DNA from: Mantamonas sphyraenae STR306
Taxonomy: Eukaryota > Protista > CRuMs
Direction: 5' to 3'
Length of the DNA stretch: 64,000 nucleotides
NCBI GenBank assembly: GCA_026936335.1
Contig: JAPMXV010000020.1
Span: forward strand, 192,128-256,127
Shown: in pieces, positions 56,033 through 64,000 of the stretch
Numbering within the stretch: position 1 is the stretch's first letter
Layout: the number at the start of each line of letters is the position of its first letter
Notes under the pieces: generated by a model
The model's input: the letters and a program-made list of their open reading frames with translations, nothing else
What the model was told of the DNA's origin: nothing
The model's database searches: none
Program-made: the position numbers and the translations under genes

Positions 56033-59000
56033 TCATTCAAGGCGTTGGCGTTTGGAGGAGGAGGAGGAGGAGGAAGGGTCTTTGCGCTTGGGCAGGGTGA
56101 ACGAGGGGATGGGGTAGGCGTTGACGGCATCGACGGTGGTGGGACGGGTGGTGATGTGGGGTGTGATGCGGTCGATGAGGGTGTGGAGGAGGGTGTGCAG
56201 TGTGGCGTCGCTGGGTTGGGGGTTGTCGAGCCAGGCGATCTTGAGGGAGAGGGAGGTGACGCCGCGGGTGAGGGTGGCGCTGATGGCACCAACCACCTGC
56301 TTGTAGGTGAGGCGTGGCCTGAGGAGGCGGACAAAGAAGGCCAGGTCGACAGGCGGCACGCTAATGTTGCCCAGCGCCAGGATGATGTGTCGCACCAGGG
56401 AGTTCAGATTGCCGGTGTTGATCAGCTCATGCAGTGCCTGGAGCTCGTGTGTGTGCTGATGGCGAGGGTGCTTGGCTGCGCGTGTCTTCATGTGTGCCAG
56501 CAGCGTCTGGAACTCCCGCGCCGTGCAGCTGCTACGCTCGTCGCCGTGATTAGCAATGTTCCAGCCGCTGCGCACGGACTCAGGGTGCCAATTGTCCACC
56601 ATGGTGGTGGTGAGTTGGTGGTCGTAGTCGCATTGTGTCCAGTGTGGGTCGCTGTCGTTGTCAGCAGGGCGTCGTGCTTTCTGCAGCCACAGCTGGGTCT
56701 CCTTGTGCTCCTTCCAGGTGGTGGGATGGGGCCTGGCACCCAGAGTGTCCATCTCTGTGATCAGCAGGTGGAGGAGGGCGTAGTTGGGGTCGCCGTGGTC
56801 GTGTGGTTCCTCCAGCCAGCACACCTTCGACCCAGCCTTCGTCACACCCATGGCCAGACCAGCGTTACTGATGGATTTTCTGCACTCCTGTTGATCCACT
56901 TCACGGCCGAGGAGGGTGAGGCAGAAGGCCATGTCGCCCTGGGAGAGGGGAATGTTGCCCAGAACGAGCTGAATCTGTCGGACCAGCGTGTTCAGGGTGC
57001 CATGGCAGATCACAACACGCGCCTGCAGGCTCATGAGGTCAGGGATGTCGTCGATGGGATGCTCGTTGGCCAGGTTGTGCATGTGGTTCAGCAGTTCCGT
57101 GTGCTCCTTCTTGTTGCTGTGACTGCGCTCGCTCTTGCGCCAGGACGTCCAGCCACTGCGCATAACGCCATCTGGCAGTCCATCCTCCACAGCCAGCATC
57201 TCCTCCTCTGTAGGCTCGTGCAGAACAAGCTCGGGGATGTCGAGGGTGTTGACGGCGTCGCATGTGATGGGACGGGTGGTGATGTGGGGTGTGATGCGGT
57301 CGATGAGGGTGTGGAGGAGGGTGTGCAGTGTGGCGTCGCTGGGTTTGGGGTTGTCGAGCCAGGTGATCTTGAGGGAAAGGGAGGTGACGCCACGAGTGAG
57401 GGTGGCGCTGATGGCAGTCACGACCTGCAGGTAGGTGATGTGTGGCCTGAGGAGGCGGACAAAGAAGGCCAGGTCGACAGGCGGCACGCCAACGTTGCCC
57501 AGCGCCAGGATGATGTGTCGCACCAGGGAATTCATGCTGCCGTTTTTGACCAGTTCACGCAGTGCCTGGTGCTCGTGTGAGTGCTGATGGCGAGGGTGCT
57601 TGGCTGCGCGTGCCTTCATGTGTGCCAGCAGCGTCCGGAACTCCCGCGTCGTGCAGCTGCCACGCTCGTCGTTGGGATTGTGCGTTGCCCAGCCACTGCG
57701 CACAGATTCAGAATGCCACGCGTCCACCTTGTTGGTGGTGAGGTGGTGGTCGTAGTCGCATTGTGTCCAGTGTGGGTCGCTGTCGTTGTCAGCAGGGCGT
57801 CGTGCTTTCTGCAGCCACAGCTGAGTTTTCTCGTGCTCCTTCCAGGTGGTGGGATGAGGTCTGTTGCCGAGAGTGTCCAACTCTGCCATGAGCAGGTGGA
57901 GGAGGGCGTAGTTGGGGTCGCCGTGGTCGTGTGGCTCCTCCAGCCAGCACACCTTCAACCCAGCCTTTGTCACACCCATGTCCAGACCAGCGTTGTTGAT
58001 GGCAGTTCTGCACGTGCGTTGATCCATGTCACGGCCGAGAAGGGTAAGGCAGAAGGCCATATCTCCCTGGGAGAGGGGAATGTTGCCCAGAGCGAGCTGA
58101 ATCTGTCGGACCAGCGTCAACAGGGTGCCATGGCAGACCACAACACGCGCCTGCTGGGTCATGAGGTCGGGGATGTCGTCGAGGGGATGCTCGTTGGCCA
58201 GAGTGTGCATGTGCTTCAGCAGTGCCGTGTGCTCCTTCTTGTTGCTGCGGCTACGCTCGTCACAGTATCCAATTGTCCACCCTTTGCGCTCAACACCATC
58301 TGGTAACTTGTTCGTCATGTTCACGCCTGCTTTCTTCCCTGCGCCGGTGTCTCCGTTCTTGGCCCTCCTTGCCCGTGTGCTCGACGTTCCTGTCTCGGTG
58401 CCACTGCCAGCCGTGACCCTGCGCCTGCGCTGTCCGCTGCCTTTCGTCTGTTGTGAAACAGTACGTCGGCTGTTGTGGTCTCTGCCTCGTCTGTGGCCTC
58501 GACTTGTGCGTCTCGGCTGCCACTCGTCCAAGTCCTCCTGTTCCATGTCGTCTGTGTCATCGTCGCTGTCGTCTTGCGGCATGTACTCCTCATCCATGGC
58601 ATCACCAGTGCCTGCAAAGCTGAGTGTACCCTGAGTTTCCACCTCGTCGTCCACGTGCTGCTGGGTTGCGTCGTTTGCCTCTCCATCTTTTTCGTACGCC
58701 TCCATCCCTGAGCTGGTCATCCACTCTGAGTTGCTGGAGATTGAACGTGGTTCACGATGGCAAAAGTTCAGGAGCATCAGGTCCTCCACGTCGCCAGTGT
58801 CATGTGTGCGTGTGTCCTGGTCTGCGTCGTCGTCGTCGCTGTCTCCAGTCTGCCGTGTGGCCTGGTGGGAGGAGGACGACGATGTGGTGGTGGATGTGGT
58901 CCGTGTGATGCCGACAAACGCAGGGCTGATGCGTTTGGGGACGCGGTTGTGGTTGATGGTGGGTTGAGCAGGCGGAGGGTGCGACGGAGTCTGAGCGAAG

Positions 59001-59606
59001 TGCATCTGGGCGGTTTGTCGCGGCTGAGGAGGCGGCGGAGGAGGGTAGGCGTAGTATGGGTGGCTCTGATGAGCATATGTGTAGTGCTGCTGAGGGTAGG
59101 TGTTGACAGGGACCCAGATGATGGGTGGTTGTGGGTGCTGGTACGGGTTTTGTACGCCTGAAACGGGCAGCATGTTCGGAAACGGCTGGGCAGCCACGGG
59201 AGGGACCATGTACGCGTAGCTGTGGGGGGAGACGGGGAGGGGCAGGGCGGAGTGGGACTGGTGAGCAGAAGGCGGAACGGACGCCGTCAGAGCAGAAGCG
59301 GGGGTGAAGGGAGGCTGGAACGAGCAGGGAGGGAAAAGATGGAAGGAGGGAGGCAGACGCGGAAACTGGCCACGGGGAGGGCAGTGACAGGGGAGAGGGA
59401 ATCGGAGAAGAGCGGAGAAGGCAGCGACGGTGGTAATGGGGATGTGCAGATGCAGGGAAGGAGGGCAGGGAAGCGACGCAGGCATGGAGGAGGCAAGCAA
59501 GCGGGAGAAGCGGGCAGTCAGAAAACGGAGTGGAAGGCAGAACGCACGCTGTGTAGGTGTTGGGTGTGTGTTGTTGCTTGGGAGTGCTTGAGTAGTCTTT
59601 GTCCAT
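56033..59606 (-). CDS. Subtelomeric repeat-domain protein, copy 2 (exons 59606-59548 and 59219-56033); four copies of an unrecognised helical domain
   Basis: Phase-2 GTGCGT...CAG intron conserved with copy 1; P/Q/H-rich, acidic and basic N-terminus, A-B-A-B domain array, KRQRLE terminus. Confidence 0.8.
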
Positions 59607-59700
59607 GATTGTGGTGGTGGTAGTGGAGTGTAAGTGGATTGTATTGGACTGGTGGAGGGTGTTGTGGGTGTTGGTGACGTTTTGGTTGAAGGCGGATGGG

Positions 59701-59874
59701 TGGGGTGCACAGGTGTACGAGGCTAAAGAGACGGGGTTGGTGATGAACGGGGAGGAGGGGGAGGCAATGTTTGGGTGTGGTAGGATGGAGGAGTATGAAC
59801 CGACTGCACAGTGGATGACACTGCCGGAGGAGGAGATGGAGAGGGTGGTTGGGTGGGTGGGGAGGGGAGGGTGA
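59701..59874 (+). pseudogene. 3' fragment of an LRR/ankyrin-family gene carrying only the C-terminal F-box/SOCS-like motif
   Basis: ETGLVMNGEEGEAMFGCGRMEEYEPTAQWMTLPEEEMERVVGWV* aligns with ELALLINTTERDIMFTVGSMDAYTPTALWMTLPDELIHRILSFI from the gene at 44421. Confidence 0.75.
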
Positions 59875-59904
59875 GTGGGAAGGGTGTGGGAATGAAAGGG
59901 TGGT

Positions 59905-62900
59905 TCATTCGAGGCGTTGGCGTTTGGAGGAGGAGGAGGAGGAGGAGGAGGAGGAGGAGGAGGAGGAGGAAGGGTCTTTGCGCTTGGGCAGGGTGAAGGA
60001 GGGGATGGGGTAGGCGTCGACGAGTGCAGGGGTGGTGGGACGGGTGGTGATGTGGGGTGTGATGCGGTCGATGAGGGTGTGCAGGAGGGTGTGCAGTGTG
60101 GCGTCGCTGGGTTTGGGTTTGTCGAGCCAGGCGATCTTGAGGGAGAGGGAGGTGACGCCACGGGTGAGGGATTTGCTGATGGCACTTTGCACCTGCAGGC
60201 TGGTGAGTCGTGGTCTGAGGAGGCGGACAAAGAAGGCCAGGTCGACAGGCGGCACGCCAACGTTGCCCAGCGCCAGGTTGATGTGTCGCACAAGGGACAG
60301 CAGGTTGCCGTTGTTGATCAACTCACGCAGTGCCTGGTTCTCATTTGCGTGCTGATGGCGAGGGTGCTTGGCTGCGCGTGCCTTCATGTGTGCCAGCAGC
60401 GTCTGGAACTCCCGCGCCGTGCAGCTACCACGCTCGTCGCCGAGACCGTTGGTCCAGCCACTCCGCACAGACTCAGGATGCCACTTTTCCACCTCGGTGG
60501 TAGCGAGATGGTGGTCGTAGTCGCATTGTGTCCAGTGTGGGTCGCTGTCGTTGTCAGCAGGGCGTCGTGCCTCGTGCAGCCACAGCTGGGTCTGCTTGTG
60601 CTCCTTCCAGGTGGTGGGATGGGGCCTGTCGCCGAGGGTGTCCATTTCTGTCATGATGAGGTGGCGGAGGGCGTAGTTGGGGTCGCCGTGGTCGTGTGGC
60701 TCCTCCAGCCAGCACACCTTCAACCCAGCCTTTGTCACACCCCTGGCCAGACCAGCGTGAGGGATGGCAAGGCTGCACGCCTGTTGATCCATGTCACGGC
60801 CGAGAAGGGTGAGGCAGAAGGCCATGTCGCCCTGGGAGAGGGGAATGTTGCCCAGAGCGAGCTGAATCTGTCGGACGAGCGTCAACAGGGTGCCATGACA
60901 GACCACAACACGCGCTTGCAGGGTCATGAGGTCTGGGATGTCGTCGATGGGATGCTCGTTGGCCAGGGTGTGCATGTGGTTCAGCAGTGCCGTGTGCTCC
61001 TTCTTGTTGCTGTGCATGCGCTCGCTCTTGCGCCACTTTGTCCAGCCACTGCGCACGACGCCATCTGGCAGTCCATCCTCCACGGCCATCAATTCCTCCT
61101 CTGTGGGCTCTGGAAGAACAAGCTCGGGGAAATCGAGGGCGTTGACGGAGTCGACGGTGGTGGGGCGTGTGGTGATATGGGGTGTGATGCGGTCGATGAG
61201 GGTGTGGAGGAGGGTGTGCAGTGTGGCGTCGCTGGGTTGGGGGTTGTCGAGCCAGGCGATCTTGAGGGAGAGGGAGGTGACGCCACGGGTGAGGGTGGCG
61301 CTGATGGCATGTTGAACCTGCTGGTAGGTGAGGTGGGGCCGGAGTAGGCGGGCAAAGAAGGCCAGGTCGACAGGTGGCACGCCAACGTTGCCCAGCGCCA
61401 GGATGATGTGTCGCAGCAGGGACTGCTTGCTGCCGTTGTTGATCAGCTCACGCAGTGCATGGTTCTCGTATGTGTGCTTATGGTGAGGGTGTTTGGCTGC
61501 GCGTGCCTTCATGTGTGCCAGCAGCGTCTGGAATTCCCGCGCCGTGCAGCTGCCTCGCTCGTCGCTGGGATTGGCTCTGCTCCAACCTCTGCGCACAGAC
61601 TCAGGATGCCATTTTCCCACCTCGGTGGTGATGAGGTGGTGGTCGTAGTCGCATTGTGTCCAGTGTGATTCGCTGTCGTTGTCAGCAGGCCGTCGTGCTT
61701 CCTGCAACCACAGCTGGGTCTCCTTGTGCTCCTTCCACGTGGTGGGATGGGTCCTGTCGCCGAGAGTGTCCATCTCTGCCATGAGCAGGTGGAGGAGGGC
61801 GTAAATGGGGTCGCCGTGGTCGTGTGGCTCCTCCAGCCAGCACACCTTCAACCCAGTCTTTGTCACACCCACGGCCAAACCAGCGTTGATGATGGCAGTG
61901 CTGCACGCATGTTGATCCATATCACGGCTGAGAAGAGTAAGGAAGAAGGCCATGTCGCCCTGGGAGAGGGGAATGTTGCCCAGAGCGAGATGAATCTGTC
62001 GGACCAGCGTGTTCGTGGAGCCATGGCAGACCGCAACACGCGCCTGCTGGGTCATGAGGTCGGGGATGTCGTCGATGGGATGCTCGTTTGCCAGATTGTG
62101 CATGTGGTTCAGCAGTGCCGTGTGCTCCTTCTTGTTGCTGCGGCTGCGCTCTTCACTGCGCCAGTTATGCGACCATCCTTTGCGCACAACCACAACTGGC
62201 AACTTGTTCGTCTTGTCCACGCTTGCTTTCTTCCGTGCACCGTTGTCTCCGTTCTTGGCCCACCTTGCCCGTGTGCTCGACGTTCCTGTCTCTGTGCCGC
62301 TGCCAGCCGTGACCCTGCGCCTGCGCTGTCCGCTGCCTTCCATCTTCTGTGGACCAGCATGACGGCTGATGTGGCCTCTGGGCCAATGTGCGCTGCCTCT
62401 ACTTGTGTGTCTCGGCTGCCATTCGTCCCTGTCCTCCTGCTCTATGTCGTCTGTGTCGTTGTCGCTGTCATCTTGCGGCATGTACTCCTCCTCCATGGCA
62501 TCACCAGTGTCTGCATAGCTGAGTGCACCCTGAGTTTCCAACTCGTCGTCCACGTGCTGCGGGGTTGCGTCGTTTGCCTCGCCGTCTTCTTCGTACGCCT
62601 CCATCCATGAGCTGGTCGTCATCCACTCTGAGTTGCTGGAGATTGTTCGTCGTTCACGGTGGCCAAAGTTCAGGAACATCAGGTCTTCCACGTCGCCGGT
62701 GTCTTGTGTGTGTGTGTCCTGGTATGCGTCGTCGTCGTCGTCGTTGTCTCCAGTCTGCCGTGTGCCCTGATGGGAGGAGGACGACGATGTGGTGGTGGAT
62801 GTGGTCCGTGTGATGCCGACAAACGCAGGGCTGATGCGTTTTGGGACGCGGTTGTGGTTTCCGGTGGGTTGAGCAGGCGGAGGTTTCAACGGAGGCTGAG

Positions 62901-63505
62901 CAAAGTGCACCTGGGCGGTTTGTCGCGGCTGAGGAGGCGGCGGAGGAGGGTAGGCGTAGTATGGGTGGCCCTGATGAGCATATGCGTGCTGCTGCTGCGG
63001 GTGGGTGTTGACAGGGACCCAGATGATGGGTGGTGGTGGGTGGTGGTACGGGTTTTGTACGCCAGAGACGGGCAGCATGTTCGGAAACGGCTGGGCAGCC
63101 ATGGGAGAGACCATGTACGTATAGCTGTGGGGAAGATGGGAGGGGCAGGGCGGGGTGGCAACGGTGAGCGGAAGGCGGAATGGCCGCCGTCAGGGCAGAA
63201 GCGGGGTGAAGGGAGGCTGGAGCGAGCAAAGAGGGAAAACGGAGGAGATTGGCAGACGCGGAAACTGGCAACGGGGAGGGCAGTGAAAGGGGAGAGGGGA
63301 TCGGAGAAGAGCGGAGAAGGCAGCAGCGGTGGTGACGGGGAAGTGGAGATGCAGGGGAGGAGTGCAGGGAAGCGACGGAAGCATGGAGGAGGCAAGGAAG
63401 CGGGAGAAGCGGGCAGCCAGAAAACGGAGTGGAAGGCAGAACGCACGCTGGGTAGGTGTTGGGTGTGGGTTGTTGCTTCGGAGTGCTTGAGTAGTCTTTG
63501 TCCAT
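59905..63505 (-). CDS. Subtelomeric repeat-domain protein, copy 1 (exons 63505-63447 and 63124-59905)
   Basis: Same structure as copy 2; MDKDYSSTPKQQ exon 1, CTCAC branch motif, in-frame splice, A-B-A-B domain array. Confidence 0.8.
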
Positions 63506-63778
63506 GGTGGTGGTGGTGGTAGTGGAGTGTATGTGGATTGTGTTGGACTGGTGGAGGAAGTTGTGGGTGTTTGTGATATTTTGGTTGAAGGCGGATGGGC
63601 AGTGCTGACTGCGCGTCGTTGCAGGACAACGGCCACTCACTAGCGACATTTCCACTGCCATCTATTGCTCACTGCCCCATATCACCACCCAACTCAGCCA
63701 CCCCGCCAGCAGACACAAGCACAACTCACATGACCTAGACCGGACTCAAATATTTACCACTCTGAGTTGCAGGAGTTT

Positions 63779-64000
63779 GGGTTAGGGTTAGGGTTAGGGT
63801 TAGGGTTAGGGTTAGGGTTAGGGTTAGGGTTAGGGTTAGGGTTAGGGTTAGGGTTAGGGTTAGGGTTAGGGTTAGGGTTAGGGTTAGGGTTAGGGTTAGG
63901 GTTAGGGTTAGGTTAGGGTTAGGGTTAGGGTTAGGGTTAGGGTTAGGGTTAGGGTTAGGGTTAGGGTTAGGGTTAGGGTTAGGGTTAGGGTTAGGGTTAG
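63779..64000 (+). repeat. Telomere (TTAGGG)n, right chromosome end
   Basis: Tandem TTAGGG to the window end with the G-rich strand running 5' to 3' outward; a TTTGGG variant at the junction and one TTAGG variant at ~63908. Confidence 0.99.

Larger units (their letters stand above)
55975..63599. repeat. Segmental tandem duplication of ~3.7-kb units (~55975-59700 and ~59850-63599), each with an internal ~1.13-kb duplication
   Basis: Coding sequence, intron and upstream sequence are all shared; homology ends at ...TTTTGGTTGAAGGCGGATGGG in both units (59700 and 63599). Confidence 0.9.

Noticed and set aside
55975-63599. Telomere-specific retrotransposon or Y'-like helicase element
   Set aside because: No reverse transcriptase, gag zinc knuckle, helicase or transposase motifs, no poly(A) tail or LTR, and the genes keep an intron.
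63905-63915. Telomere variant repeat TTAGG as a biological signal
   Set aside because: A single one-base deletion in a G run cannot be distinguished from sequencing error.
1-64000. tRNA, rRNA or other structured RNA genes
   Set aside because: None recognisable by eye and the spacers are very short; tRNAscan-SE/Infernal would be needed to exclude small intronic RNAs.

Overview
Right-hand end of a chromosome from a GC-rich, very compact eukaryote, most likely a free-living protist; the taxon cannot be fixed from the sequence. Introns are short GT-AG, intergenic spacers are often under 100 bp, and the window ends in a (TTAGGG)n telomere. Bases 1 to ~29.3 kb are mostly conserved genes: EF1-gamma (3' part), an LRR multipass membrane protein, COX19, CENP-P, an SPFH protein, an ATG14/VPS38-like protein, a Kelch protein, MCU, a hybrid histidine kinase with a fused HPt domain, a MATE transporter, a phytepsin-like aspartic protease, Sec24, an ankyrin-RING protein, a saposin-purple acid phosphatase and a coiled-coil protein. 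From ~29.3 kb to the telomere the region looks accessory and conflict/immunity-like. It holds two LRR-ankyrin paralogues with a shared C-terminal F-box/SOCS-like motif, flanking a ~4600-aa unknown membrane protein, and a large LRR-7TM receptor. It ends with a subtelomeric cassette: an 8-exon Crinkler/RHS-type effector (Ubl header, symmetric duplicated microexons, P-loop NTPase, restriction-endonuclease fold) sitting among tandem copies of a gene family built from an unrecognised repeated ~150-aa helical domain. All gene models and family calls were made by eye from motifs and splice signals; no database searches were run.
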